Source: Escherichia coli 042 (GTDB lineage: Bacteria; Pseudomonadota; Gammaproteobacteria; Enterobacterales; Enterobacteriaceae). From it: DNA of 64,000 nt. Shown here in pieces: positions 10,972-23,193 of this stretch. Under the pieces are notes generated by a model, which was given only the letters and a program-made list of their open reading frames with translations, ran no database searches and was not told the DNA's origin. Within the stretch, counting starts at the first letter, position 1. Each line of letters begins with the position of its first letter. Where the stretch lies: the NCBI RefSeq assembly GCF_000027125.1, contig NC_017626.1; one strand, 5' to 3'. The translations under genes were made by a program, and so were the position numbers.

Positions 10972-12372
10972 TCAGGTGTGTTTAAAGCTGTTCTGCTGGG
11001 CAATACCCTGCAGTTTCGGGTGATCGCTGAGATATTTCAGGGAGGCTTTGTAGTCTTCCAGCAACAGTTCAGCAAAGTCCATTTCGAAGCCGCGACGACA
11101 CATAATGCGCATCACCACGATGTCGGTGGCTTCACCGCCGAGAGTGAAGGCCGGAACCTGCCAGCCGCGCAGACGCAGACGTTCAGAGAGGTCGTACAGG
11201 GTGTATCCCGGATCTTCACCATCTTTCAGTTTGAAGCAAACCGCCGGGATGCCTTCGTCCGGGCGACCGGTACAGATGAACTCATACGGCCCCAGTTTGG
11301 CGATTTCATCCGCCAGATAGGCAGCGACCTGGTAGGAAGCATTCTGTACTTTGGTATAGCCTTCACGACCGAGGCGCAGGAATTCATAGTACTGTGCAAT
11401 TACCTGACCCGCCGGGCGGGAGAAGTTGATGGCGAAAGTCCCAATCTGACCACCGAGATAGTCAACGTTGAACACCAGTTCCTGCGGCAGCGCTTCTTCA
11501 TCACGCCAGATAACCCAGCCGCAGCCCAGCGGAGCCAGACCGAATTTATGGCCTGAAGCACTGATCGATTTCACACGCGGCAGGCGGAAGTCCCAGACGA
11601 TATCCGGGGCGACGAACGGTGCCAGGAAGCCACCGCTGGCGGCGTCGATGTGCATGTCGATGTCGATGCCGGTGTCGGCCTGGAATTTATCCAGCGCATC
11701 GTGCAGCGGCTGCGGGAACTCATAGTTACCGGTGTAGGTCACGCCGAAAGTCGGCACCACGCCGATGGTGTTTTCGTCGCAGGCTTCAATCATGCGTTTC
11801 GGGTCCATAAACAACTGACCGGGGCGCATAGGGATCTCACGCAGCTCCACATCCCAGTAGCGGGCAAATTTATGCCAGCAGATTTGTACCGGACCGCACA
11901 CCAGGTTTGGTTTGTTGGTCGGCTTACCTGCGGCTTCCATACGCTTGCGCCAACGCCATTTCATCGCCATCCCGCCGAGCATACAGGCCTCGGAAGAACC
12001 AATGGTGTTGGTGCCAACGGCCTGACCATTTTTCGGCGCAGGCGCATGCCACAGATCGGCAACCATGTTTACGCAACGCAGGTCGATGGCTGCAGATTGC
12101 GGATATTCTTCTTTGTCGATCCAGTTTTTATTGATCGACAAATCCATCAATTTATGGACGTTTTCGTCGTCCCAGGTCTGGCAGAAAGTGGCCAGGTTCT
12201 GACGAGCGTTGCCATCAAGATATAATTCATCATTGATAATCTGGAATGCGACATCATCGCGCATTTCGTGCAGCGGAAATCGTTTTGACTCCGCGATAGT
12301 AGAAATGGCCTTTGCGCCAAAACGTGAATCGAGTAGTTCTGAGCGGAAATCCGTTAACAGCTTCTGGTCCAT
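10972..12372 (-). CDS. gadA: Glutamate decarboxylase A (PLP-dependent)
   Basis: ORF 10972..12435 trimmed to the ATG at 12370-12372 ([21 protein letters not shown]...); 466 aa; contains the PLP-lysine region [10 protein letters not shown]. Called gadA rather than gadB from its position next to gadX. Confidence 0.95.
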   Translation of the reverse strand: MDQKLLTDFRSELLDSRFGAKAISTIAESKRFPLHEMRDDVAFQIINDELYLDGNARQNLATFCQTWDDENVHKLMDLSINKNWIDKEEYPQSAAIDLRCVNMVADLWHAPAPKNGQAVGTNTIGSSEACMLGGMAMKWRWRKRMEAAGKPTNKPNLVCGPVQICWHKFARYWDVELREIPMRPGQLFMDPKRMIEACDENTIGVVPTFGVTYTGNYEFPQPLHDALDKFQADTGIDIDMHIDAASGGFLAPFVAPDIVWDFRLPRVKSISASGHKFGLAPLGCGWVIWRDEEALPQELVFNVDYLGGQIGTFAINFSRPAGQVIAQYYEFLRLGREGYTKVQNASYQVAAYLADEIAKLGPYEFICTGRPDEGIPAVCFKLKDGEDPGYTLYDLSERLRLRGWQVPAFTLGGEATDIVVMRIMCRRGFEMDFAELLLEDYKASLKYLSDHPKLQGIAQQNSFKHT

Positions 12373-12451
12373 TTCGAACTCCTTAAATTTATTTGAAGGC
12401 AATAAAAAAGTAGGATTTATCCGCAATGGAAGCAAGGCATTACAGGCTTAA

Positions 12452-12471
12452 TTTAAATAACAAAATCCTAA
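12452..12471 (-). promoter_or_regulatory. GAD box (GadE/GadX/GadW-responsive element) upstream of gadA
   Basis: Minus-strand sequence TTAGGATTTTGTTATTTAAA, an exact match to the 20-bp GAD box, about 80 bp upstream of the gadA ATG. Confidence 0.8.
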
Positions 12472-12539
12472 GCAGAAAAACGACTTTTTATAATATAAAC
12501 ATTTAACATGATAATATTAAAAACAGACTTTATTATCGT

Positions 12540-12574
12540 AATGAAAATCGCCCAAACATTCCTGTTCGGGCGAT
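12540..12574 (-). terminator. Putative terminator downstream of ccp (yhjA)
   Basis: Inverted repeat tcgcccaaac / gttcgggcga followed on the minus strand by a U-rich tract, immediately 3' of the ccp stop. Confidence 0.45.
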
Positions 12575-12582
12575 TAAATTAA

Positions 12583-13980
12583 TTATTGTTTATCCTGCAT
12601 ATACGGCGTGTAAACCCCGTTCAGACTGTGCAGGAAAGCTACGATATCATCCACATCCTCCTGCGGCAGCTCTTTGCCTACCTGATAGCGCAACATCAGT
12701 TTCACCGCCCCGTCCAGCGTCGGCACATCACCGCGATGGAAGTACGGTGCCGTTAGTGCAACGTTACGTAAACCGGGTACTTTCTGACGCAATTTATCGC
12801 GCTCTTCTTTAGTAACATTCATACGACCAATATCCGCCGCCGTAATTTCACCAAAGTTAAAGTCTTTTTTCAGCCCCAACGGTTCGAAGGAACGTCCGCC
12901 GAGAATAATACCACCATGACAAGTTGCACATTTATTATCTTTAAATAATTGATAGCCTTTTTTCTGTTGTGCCGTCAGCGCATTCTCATCTCCACGCAAC
13001 CATTTATCAAATGGGGAATCCGGCGTAATTAATGTTTTCTCAAATTCAGCAATGGCATCAGTAATATTTTCGCCACTGAAACCTTGCGGATAGACTTCGA
13101 GGAACTGCGCTTTAAGCTGCGGATCTTTTTCCAGCTTAGCAATAATTTCGTCCCAGGATTTCGACGCCATTTCAATCGGATTCAACGGCGGTCCACCAGC
13201 CTGATCCTGCAATGTTGCCGCACGACCATCCCAGAACTGCTCAACGTTAAATACTGAGTTAAATACCGTCGGCGCGTTAATCGGGCCCACTGCGCCACCA
13301 ACACCAATCGATGTTTTTCTGCCATCGACGCCCCCCGCATTCAACGCATGGCAATGAGCGCATGAAATGGTGCTATCAGCCGATAAACGGGGATCGTGAT
13401 ACAGCGCAAAACCCAACTCCACTTTTTGCGCATCGGTAGGCAGTTTTTGCGGGATGGGCTGCACCGGTTCATTGCGATGCTCCGGAGCAGTATCATTGCT
13501 GGCGTAATATTCCGCGCGCTGTTTTGCAATCCAGGCCAGTATTTCCGCCCGCTCTTCATCACTCACCTTACCCGCCCAGTGTAGCGCGGTATAACGCGTT
13601 GGCGGCATAGTTTCATACTGCATCACCCATTCAATCTTATTCAGATCGCTTTGCGAAACGGGTTTATCAGCCAACAGAGCCGCACGCACGGCCTCGAGGT
13701 TAAAAGATTTATATCCAAGCTTTATGTCGTAATCCATCAACTGTTTCGCGCCGGGAATATAATAATAGGCAGGTAATTCTGCCGAAGGCGTATGGCAATA
13801 ATCGCATCCTTTTTCGCGGAGAAAGCCTAAAACCTGATTATTTTCACTGACAGCAGATGCCTGAACATCGGCCTGTTTACTGCGTTTATTATCGTGGTAC
13901 CACACATAACCAGATAACCCTAAATAGCAAATCGCGACGCCAGCCAGGCCGATCGCGGTAATACGTGAGACCATTTTCAT
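12583..13980 (-). CDS. ccp: Di-haem cytochrome c peroxidase
   Basis: 465-aa ORF with N-terminal membrane anchor and haem-binding CxxCH motifs (CDYCH, CAHCH, CATCH); matches YhjA/Ccp. Confidence 0.92.
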   Translation of the reverse strand: MKMVSRITAIGLAGVAICYLGLSGYVWYHDNKRSKQADVQASAVSENNQVLGFLREKGCDYCHTPSAELPAYYYIPGAKQLMDYDIKLGYKSFNLEAVRAALLADKPVSQSDLNKIEWVMQYETMPPTRYTALHWAGKVSDEERAEILAWIAKQRAEYYASNDTAPEHRNEPVQPIPQKLPTDAQKVELGFALYHDPRLSADSTISCAHCHALNAGGVDGRKTSIGVGGAVGPINAPTVFNSVFNVEQFWDGRAATLQDQAGGPPLNPIEMASKSWDEIIAKLEKDPQLKAQFLEVYPQGFSGENITDAIAEFEKTLITPDSPFDKWLRGDENALTAQQKKGYQLFKDNKCATCHGGIILGGRSFEPLGLKKDFNFGEITAADIGRMNVTKEERDKLRQKVPGLRNVALTAPYFHRGDVPTLDGAVKLMLRYQVGKELPQEDVDDIVAFLHSLNGVYTPYMQDKQ

Positions 13981-14354
13981 TATTCTTCCCTCACGGTGGT
14001 GAGTTATTGTGACCCAGAAAATTTTCCAGAATGCTGCAAACGTCTCTGCGAGACAAAGCCATCATAAAAAACAGGGAGATACGCTTTTTGATAGGAATCA
14101 ATCAATTACATGAATATAAACTATCAATAAGATAGCCTGTGCCTATTACCCAGATCAGAAATGGCATATCATGATTGCGGCGAGAGCAGGATTGAATGTT
14201 CTGAAAATGAAAAACAAAACCAAATCCGTATTTTTATAAATTCCATTGATATTAGTGCGTTATATTTTTTGACAAGTTAATAAACGTGATCTACCGCACG
14301 CTTTGTCGCCCACCAGGCGGAGCGAATGACTACCCTTAAAGAAAAGCCCGATAA

Positions 14355-16034
<1,680 letters not shown>

Positions 16035-16042
16035 TATTTTTA

Positions 16043-16077
16043 CAGCCAGCCGCTAACTTCCTGCTGGCTGTAAAATT
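16043..16077. terminator. Bidirectional terminator shared by convergent treF and yhjB
   Basis: Inverted repeat cagccagc / gctggctg flanked by T-runs on both strands, between the two stop codons. Confidence 0.5.
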
Positions 16078-16084
16078 ATCCTCT

Positions 16085-16687
16085 TCAGGAGGAGATATTT
16101 AACATCATTGCCGCCTGGGTGCGATTTTTCACTTCCAGACGGCGATACAGGGATTCCAGATGCGCTTTTACCGTTCCGGTACTGATATTCAGCGCCCTGC
16201 CGATCTCTTTATTTGATTCGCCCGCCGCTAACATGGTTAAAATCTCCCGCTGGCGGGCGCTTAACGATTTGAGATCTTTAATGTCCTTTTCCGGCGTCGT
16301 CCGCCAGTCTCCAGGCAGAAACATCATCCCCATCGCCGCACTATTTACCGCCAACGCAAATGTCTCGACGGTTGAATCACGAGGCACAATGGCCAGCACA
16401 TTAAAATGGATAACTTCCTGTAACCACCGTTTATTACAATCCGTCGCCGTAATTAACACCTTAACCTCAGGAAATTGCACCACGGTTTTTTGCAGCAACC
16501 AGTAGCAAAACTCACCATCCTGATCGCCATCGAGCATCACTAAGGCTTCAGGGTAACTTTCCAGCTTTTGCCATAACTCGTCTGCCTGACCGGCCCCCTG
16601 AATACTCACTCCTGGAATACGCTGCTGTAAACTGATTTTCATTCCATGAATAAATATTGACTGCCTGTCAAACATGACTATTTGCAT
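16085..16687 (-). CDS. yhjB: LuxR/NarL-family response-regulator-like protein YhjB
   Basis: 200-aa ORF with C-terminal LuxR-type HTH (LSARQREILTMLAAGESNKEIGRALNISTGTVKAHLESLYRRLEV). Confidence 0.9.
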   Translation of the reverse strand: MQIVMFDRQSIFIHGMKISLQQRIPGVSIQGAGQADELWQKLESYPEALVMLDGDQDGEFCYWLLQKTVVQFPEVKVLITATDCNKRWLQEVIHFNVLAIVPRDSTVETFALAVNSAAMGMMFLPGDWRTTPEKDIKDLKSLSARQREILTMLAAGESNKEIGRALNISTGTVKAHLESLYRRLEVKNRTQAAMMLNISS

Positions 16688-17206
16688 AACTGAATCTCCA
16701 CCTGAATACGTTAAAAAGACTTAAGTAGTGGAAGGGTATTACCCGCGAGAAAAAATAAGAATTCGCCATTTGGCGGTGGCCATTCTACAGAGATGACGCG
16801 TAGAAAATAGTTACCGATATAAATAGTTACAGCTAAACGCCTGAAATTACATGTCGAGGGCACTATTTAAAACAATTTTGAGGATTTCCTTATATTGATG
16901 GTTAGTACGCATGCAATTAAAAATGAAACTCCGCGACCACAAGCAAAAATAACAAACGGCAATGAGACAAAAATAAGCACAAATAGCCAACACGTCCTCT
17001 GTTCACTTTAAAGGGAATCGCTGAAAAAAACGCTCTGTTTAGGGAAATTCACCTTTCTCATAAAGCTATTCCGCCCTTTTCCTGCTGAGAAATCGCCACA
17101 TTCGTCATGACAACATTGTGAAACCCGGCATAAGATGTTAGAAAAAACAATAAACAATGCGATATGCGCGCTACTGTTTCGCTGTGAACAACAATCGGTC
17201 AAAGAA

Positions 17207-18106
17207 ATGGATAAAATTCACGCAATGCAGTTGTTCATCAAAGTCGCTGAGCTGGAAAGTTTTTCCCGCGCAGCGGATTTCTTTGCTTTGCCAAAGGGAA
17301 GTGTTTCGCGCCAGATACAGGCACTGGAACATCAACTTGGCACCCAGCTTCTCCAGCGCACCACGCGGCGGGTCAAACTCACGCCAGAAGGCATGACCTA
17401 TTATCAACGGGCAAAAGATGTGTTGAGTAATCTCAACGAACTGGACGGTCTGTTTCAACAGGATGCCACCAGTATCAGCGGTAAATTACGCATCGACATC
17501 CCGCCAGGAATCGCGAAAAGCCTGTTACTGCCGCGTCTGTCGGAATTTCTCTATCTGCATCCGGGAATTGAGCTGGAGCTGAGTAGCCATGACCGTCCGG
17601 TAGATATTCTTCACGATGGTTTTGATTGCGTGATACGCACTGGCGCGTCACCGGAAGATGGCGTTATCGCCCGTCCCCTCGGCAAACTGACCGTGGTCAA
17701 TTGTGCCAGTCCACACTATCTGACGCGCTTTGGTTATCCTCAAAGCCCCGACGATCTGACTTCGCACGCAATAGTGCGTTACACACCGCACCTGGGTGTA
17801 CATCCGTTAGGTTTTGAGGTTGCCAGCGTTAATGGCGTCCAGTGGTTTAAGTCTGGCGGCATGTTGACGGTAAACAGTCGCGAAAACTATCTCGCCGCCG
17901 GTCTTGCCGGTCTGGGGATTATTCAGATCCCGCGCATTGCCGTGCGCGAAGCCCTGCGTGCCGGGCGGCTTATTGAAGTGTTGCCTGGCTACCGTGCCGA
18001 GCCGCTCTCCCTTTCGCTGATTTATCCGCAGCGTCGGGAGCTTTCCCGGCGTGTAAACCTGTTTATGCAGTGGCTGGCTGGCGTAATGAAAGAGTACCTG
18101 GACTGA
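17207..18106 (+). CDS. yhjC: LysR-family transcriptional regulator YhjC
   Basis: ORF 17135..18106 trimmed to the ATG at 17207 (MDKIHAMQLFIKVAELESFSRAADFF..., LysR HTH); 299 aa. Confidence 0.88.
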   Translation: MDKIHAMQLFIKVAELESFSRAADFFALPKGSVSRQIQALEHQLGTQLLQRTTRRVKLTPEGMTYYQRAKDVLSNLNELDGLFQQDATSISGKLRIDIPPGIAKSLLLPRLSEFLYLHPGIELELSSHDRPVDILHDGFDCVIRTGASPEDGVIARPLGKLTVVNCASPHYLTRFGYPQSPDDLTSHAIVRYTPHLGVHPLGFEVASVNGVQWFKSGGMLTVNSRENYLAAGLAGLGIIQIPRIAVREALRAGRLIEVLPGYRAEPLSLSLIYPQRRELSRRVNLFMQWLAGVMKEYLD

Positions 18107-18154
18107 CCGACTATACTTTTTAAGAATGACCACGACAGAAGGACAAAAGAGCGG

Positions 18155-19168
18155 ATGACGCAGGAAAACGAGATCAAACGTCCCACCCAGGATCTGGAGC
18201 ACGAGCCGATTAAGCAGTTGGATAATAGCGAGAAAGGCGGCAAAGTTAGCCAGGCGCTGGAAACCGTCACCACCACTGCCGAAAAAGTCCAACGCCAACC
18301 GGTTATTGCGCACCTGATTCGCGCAACAGAACGCTTTAACGATCGGCTGGGTAACCAGTTTGGTGCGGCTATCACCTATTTCTCATTTTTATCGATGATC
18401 CCGATTTTGATGGTGTCGTTTGCCGCAGGGGGCTTTGTGCTGGCCTCCCATCCGATGTTGCTACAGGATATCTTCGACAAAATTCTGCAAAACATCAGCG
18501 ATCCGACGCTAGCCGCCACGTTGAAAAACACCATCAACACCGCCGTTCAGCAGCGTACTACCGTAGGGCTTGTCGGCCTGGCGGTGGCGCTTTATTCCGG
18601 CATCAACTGGATGGGTAACCTGCGTGAAGCGATTCGCGCCCAGTCGCGCGATGTCTGGGAACGCTCGCCGCAAGATCAGGAGAAGTTCTGGGTAAAATAT
18701 CTGCGTGATTTTATTTCGCTGATTGGTTTGTTGATTGCACTGATTGTGACGCTTTCGATCACCTCGGTTGCCGGTTCGGCGCAGCAAATGATTATTAGCG
18801 CCCTGCACCTGAACAGCATTGAGTGGCTGAAACCGACGTGGCGGTTGATTGGCCTGGCGATTTCCATCTTCGCCAACTATCTGCTTTTCTTCTGGATCTT
18901 CTGGCGCTTGCCGCGCCACCGTCCGCGCAAAAAAGCCCTGATTCGCGGAACATTTCTGGCTGCGATTGGTTTTGAAGTGATTAAAATCGTGATGACCTAC
19001 ACCCTGCCATCGCTGATGAAATCCCCCTCTGGCGCAGCATTTGGTTCCGTGCTGGGACTGATGGCGTTTTTCTACTTCTTCGCCCGTTTGACGCTGTTTT
19101 GCGCGGCGTGGATTGCCACCGCCGAATATAAAGATGACCCGCGAATGCCGGGGAAAACGCAGCGGTAA
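18155..19168 (+). CDS. yhjD: Inner membrane protein YhjD (YihY/virulence-factor BrkB family)
   Basis: 337-aa polytopic membrane ORF MTQENEIKRPTQDLEHEPIKQLDN... Confidence 0.9.
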   Translation: MTQENEIKRPTQDLEHEPIKQLDNSEKGGKVSQALETVTTTAEKVQRQPVIAHLIRATERFNDRLGNQFGAAITYFSFLSMIPILMVSFAAGGFVLASHPMLLQDIFDKILQNISDPTLAATLKNTINTAVQQRTTVGLVGLAVALYSGINWMGNLREAIRAQSRDVWERSPQDQEKFWVKYLRDFISLIGLLIALIVTLSITSVAGSAQQMIISALHLNSIEWLKPTWRLIGLAISIFANYLLFFWIFWRLPRHRPRKKALIRGTFLAAIGFEVIKIVMTYTLPSLMKSPSGAAFGSVLGLMAFFYFFARLTLFCAAWIATAEYKDDPRMPGKTQR

Positions 19169-19559
19169 TTCAATGGTTTATAATGCCTGATAAACGCACG
19201 GTCGATCCCCTCGCCCCTTCGGGGAGAGGATTAGGGTGAGGGGGTACAAGCCAGCCAGAGACCAGGCAATGACATGCACATAACCACCTGAAACTACATT
19301 TCTTCAGGAGCAAACAATTTCATACCAACTCATAACCCCAGCATATAAATCCAGTTGGTAACTTTTATTTAACCTGAAACCAGTTTTATCCACTATTTAT
19401 AAAATTATGTGAAGCATTTCATAGAAGAAAAATCACTGGCCTAAACATTATCCCCTTTTTGCCTGGTTTTTGACCATTTCCGCGATTTGTTACACATTGA
19501 AATATCACTTTTGCTGTGCGTAATATGGCTATTCGTTAGCCAAAAAATAAGAAAAGATT

Positions 19560-20882
19560 ATGCAAGCAACAGCCACAACACTCGACCACGAGCAAGAATA
19601 CACGCCGATCAACTCGCGTAATAAAGTCCTTGTCGCCTCTCTCATTGGCACGGCCATTGAGTTTTTCGACTTTTACATTTACGCCACTGCGGCCGTTATT
19701 GTGTTTCCGCATATCTTCTTCCCGCAGGGCGATCCTACGGCAGCAACGCTCCAGTCGCTCGCCACCTTCGCCATCGCCTTCGTCGCGCGCCCCATTGGCT
19801 CTGCCGTTTTTGGTCATTTTGGCGATCGCGTTGGGCGTAAAGCGACGCTGGTCGCCTCGTTGCTAACGATGGGGATTTCGACCGTGGTGATTGGTCTGCT
19901 GCCGGGCTATGCCACGATTGGTATTTTCGCCCCGCTGCTGCTGGCGCTGGCTCGATTTGGTCAGGGTCTGGGCTTAGGCGGTGAATGGGGCGGCGCGGCG
20001 CTGCTGGCGACTGAAAACGCCCCACCGCGCAAACGTGCACTGTATGGCTCCTTCCCGCAGCTGGGCGCACCGATTGGCTTCTTCTTTGCCAACGGCACTT
20101 TCTTGCTGCTTTCCTGGCTACTGACCGACGAGCAGTTTATGAGCTGGGGCTGGCGTGTGCCATTTATCTTCTCAGCGGTGCTGGTCATTATCGGCCTGTA
20201 TGTTCGCGTGTCGCTGCATGAGTCGCCGGTGTTTGAGAAAGTCGCTAAAGCGAAAAAGCAGGTGAAGATCCCGCTGGGTACGCTGCTGACCAAACACGTA
20301 CGCGTCACGGTGCTCGGTACCTTCATCATGCTGGCAACCTATACGCTGTTTTACATCATGACGGTCTACTCTATGACCTTTAGTACCGCCGCCGCGCCAG
20401 TTGGGCTTGGCCTGCCGCGTAACGAAGTGTTGTGGATGCTGATGATGGCAGTTATTGGTTTTGGCGTGATGGTGCCAGTCGCCGGATTACTGGCTGATGC
20501 CTTTGGTCGCCGTAAAAGCATGGTAATCATCACCACGCTGATCATCCTGTTCGCGCTGTTCGCCTTTAACCCGCTGCTCGGTTCTGGCAACCCGATTCTG
20601 GTTTTTGCCTTCCTGCTGCTGGGGTTAAGTCTGATGGGACTGACCTTCGGGCCGATGGGCGCGCTGTTACCAGAGCTGTTCCCGACAGAAGTGCGTTACA
20701 CCGGAGCATCGTTCTCTTACAACGTAGCGTCGATTCTCGGGGCTTCCGTTGCGCCGTATATCGCAGCCTGGTTGCAGACTAACTACGGGTTAGGTGCGGT
20801 GGGGTTATATCTGGCGGCGATGGCTGGCTTGACCTTAATCGCCCTACTGCTGACCCATGAGACGCGACATCAATCGTTGTAA
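19560..20882 (+). CDS. yhjE: MFS transporter YhjE
   Basis: 440-aa 12-TM ORF with MFS signature (GHFGDRVGRK). Confidence 0.92.
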   Translation: MQATATTLDHEQEYTPINSRNKVLVASLIGTAIEFFDFYIYATAAVIVFPHIFFPQGDPTAATLQSLATFAIAFVARPIGSAVFGHFGDRVGRKATLVASLLTMGISTVVIGLLPGYATIGIFAPLLLALARFGQGLGLGGEWGGAALLATENAPPRKRALYGSFPQLGAPIGFFFANGTFLLLSWLLTDEQFMSWGWRVPFIFSAVLVIIGLYVRVSLHESPVFEKVAKAKKQVKIPLGTLLTKHVRVTVLGTFIMLATYTLFYIMTVYSMTFSTAAAPVGLGLPRNEVLWMLMMAVIGFGVMVPVAGLLADAFGRRKSMVIITTLIILFALFAFNPLLGSGNPILVFAFLLLGLSLMGLTFGPMGALLPELFPTEVRYTGASFSYNVASILGASVAPYIAAWLQTNYGLGAVGLYLAAMAGLTLIALLLTHETRHQSL

Positions 20883-20894
20883 TAAGAGTGAAAA

Positions 20895-21057
20895 GCCTGA
20901 TGCGCTACGCTTATCAGGCCTGAATTTCCATACAATATATTGAATTCGCAAAGATTTGTAGGACGGATAAGGCGTTCACGCCGCATCCGGCATGAACAAA
21001 GCACACTTTGCCAACACTCTAAATCTGTTTAATTGCCGGATGTCAGACATCCGGCAA
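20895..21057. repeat. REP/BIME palindromic element cluster
   Basis: Three REP-type palindromes: gcctgatgcgctacgcttatcaggcc, gtaggacggataaggcgttcacgccgcatccggca, ttgccggatgtcagacatccggcaa, between convergent yhjE and yhjG. Confidence 0.75.
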
Positions 21058-21063
21058 TTATCA

Positions 21064-23124
21064 TCACTTCTTCATCTGCGACAATATCGTCCGACACTGA
21101 TTAGCCTCCCCTTCGGAAGGTGAGATCAGCGCCAGTAACGCCGCCGCTGGCGTAACCAGCGTTGCCAGTGCCGCCGCAACGGCTCCGCGAGCAATCAACG
21201 GCCCGGCTTTCACCCCAGCCTGCGGATTTTTAAACGTCCCACGCACATACAGCGGCGAACGCAGTGTGATAATCCGAATTCCTTTACTCTCCGGATCAAT
21301 AGTCAAATCCAGCTGTTCCGAAGCAAAACTTGCCGTGCCGGTAATGTTAATCAACGCGTTCTCAGTATCGAAAGCAAAAATCTGCGGACGCGCCACGCCG
21401 TTGGCAATATCCAGATTCGCCGCCGCACAGTTCACCCGCACCTCATCGTCACCAAATATCGCACCGACAATGTAGTTACCGACATTCAGCCCGACAATCT
21501 CCATCAGGTTGCGGCTCACCAGCCCGTCATTCATCAGCAGTTTCAGGTTGCCGTTACTGTTGCCTAAAAGCGCCGCCACCGAGTTACCGCTACCGCGTAG
21601 TTCCGCGTCACCGTTCATTTCCCCCAGCGTCTTCTGCATCAGTTCTACATCGGGCATCAGTTCTTTCAGTTTCAGCCGACGAGCCTGAATATCCGCCCGC
21701 CCCTGCATCGGTTTTTTATCGCCCTCCAGATGAATATTCGCCGCAATGCTGCCGCCCGCCATGCCAAATTTCAGCGGTTGCAGGCGCAGGTCAGCATTTT
21801 TGAGGATGATATGAGTAGAAAGATCGCTAATCGGCAGGCTACTGCCATGCTCAATGCGCCGCCCTTTGAAGCGAACATCGGCATCCATAACGTCCCATTT
21901 ATCGGTTTCGAAGCGGTCATAAGGCAGCACTTTGCCCGCAGGCTGAATGCTTTTTTCACCCTTCTTCTGTTCAGACCGTTTCGACTTTTCAGCTCCTTTC
22001 CCGGAATCAACGCCAATCAACGGTCCCAGGTCCACCAGCCGCAATTGCCGCGACTCGACATCACCTTCTAGTTTTGGTCGTGGCTTGCCGGTGGTGTAGA
22101 CCAGAGAACCGTGGATATCGCTATCGCCAATGCGCCCATTAAAACCGCGATAATCAAAGACCGACGATTTTTCAGTGTCGATTTTCGCTACCAGCCGACC
22201 ATCCGTTTCAAACGGCGGGGTATCGGGCAGCAGAACGCCCGTCAGTTCATAGAGATCACCCAGCGAATCGCCAGAAAATTTAAGCCGTAAATCGACACCA
22301 CCCATCTTCATTGGGTCATTCACAACGCCATCAAAAGCAACACGGGTGTTACCAGAGCGGAAATCAGCCTGTACCGGAAACGGCGTCCCTTCGCCACGCA
22401 GCGCCAGCATACCGCCAATTTTCCCCTTACCCGCGAGCGGCTCTCCGTTATAACGTCCCTGCGCCTTCAGGCCAAAAACGTAATCGCCCACCTTTTCTTT
22501 ATCCGCTTTACCTTTCGATCCAGTAACTTCGCTGAACGGCAGCGGCTTGCCTAACGGATCGACAAAAATTTCCAGATCCGCTTTGCTTACTTTGTCATCA
22601 ATGGCGATCCGCCCTTGATCGAACAGAATATTATCCAGCCGAAACGACCATGCCGACGGCTTTGCATTCGTGTCTTTGTTGTCATCGTTGGCGAGATTAA
22701 AGGTCCAGTTATTGTTCTTTTCAGAGAGGCGAATCAGGCGTGCGTCGGGCTTTTCCAGTTTGATCCACGGTAGCCAGACCGTTTTGGTCAGCAGCGCCAA
22801 CGGTGCCAGCGTTGCCTCTACGCGTGGCAAATGCACCATCGTGACTTCGGGAATATCCGGTGGATTGCCAAGAATGATGTCTTCCGCGTGTACATGGGGC
22901 CACGGCACCCAGCTGCGCCAGCCAGTTTCTTGTTTTTGTCGCTCCCACTCCACGCCCAGATCGCCACGGATAGCGAACGGACGATTCAGTTCAGTAGAGA
23001 CTTTCTGGTTGATGGTCGGTTTAAGGCGATTCCAGTCAAAAGTTGCAATCAAAATGATCGCCACGACAATCAACAACAAGAAAGCCCCTGAAATCGCAGC
23101 GGTTATTTTGCCTGCCTTGCTCAT
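21064..23124 (-). CDS. yhjG: AsmA-family outer-membrane biogenesis protein YhjG
   Basis: ORF 21064..23139; start placed at the ATG at 23122-23124 (MSKAGKITAAISGAFLLLIVV...) because AGGAAG lies 6 nt upstream; the alternative ATG at 23139 gives 691 aa. Confidence 0.88.
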   Translation of the reverse strand: MSKAGKITAAISGAFLLLIVVAIILIATFDWNRLKPTINQKVSTELNRPFAIRGDLGVEWERQKQETGWRSWVPWPHVHAEDIILGNPPDIPEVTMVHLPRVEATLAPLALLTKTVWLPWIKLEKPDARLIRLSEKNNNWTFNLANDDNKDTNAKPSAWSFRLDNILFDQGRIAIDDKVSKADLEIFVDPLGKPLPFSEVTGSKGKADKEKVGDYVFGLKAQGRYNGEPLAGKGKIGGMLALRGEGTPFPVQADFRSGNTRVAFDGVVNDPMKMGGVDLRLKFSGDSLGDLYELTGVLLPDTPPFETDGRLVAKIDTEKSSVFDYRGFNGRIGDSDIHGSLVYTTGKPRPKLEGDVESRQLRLVDLGPLIGVDSGKGAEKSKRSEQKKGEKSIQPAGKVLPYDRFETDKWDVMDADVRFKGRRIEHGSSLPISDLSTHIILKNADLRLQPLKFGMAGGSIAANIHLEGDKKPMQGRADIQARRLKLKELMPDVELMQKTLGEMNGDAELRGSGNSVAALLGNSNGNLKLLMNDGLVSRNLMEIVGLNVGNYIVGAIFGDDEVRVNCAAANLDIANGVARPQIFAFDTENALINITGTASFASEQLDLTIDPESKGIRIITLRSPLYVRGTFKNPQAGVKAGPLIARGAVAAALATLVTPAAALLALISPSEGEANQCRTILSQMKK

Positions 23125-23193
23125 CGTTCGCTTCCTCATATTCTTCCTGTGCCAGTCCTAAAGATAGTCCAGCCAGGCGGAAAATGAGGCAGC

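Noticed and set aside
10966-12225. Plus-strand ORFs (196 and 191 aa, plus the Cys/Arg-rich 11619..11810) inside gadA
   Set aside because: Antisense to the glutamate decarboxylase gene, with low-complexity translations and no independent support.
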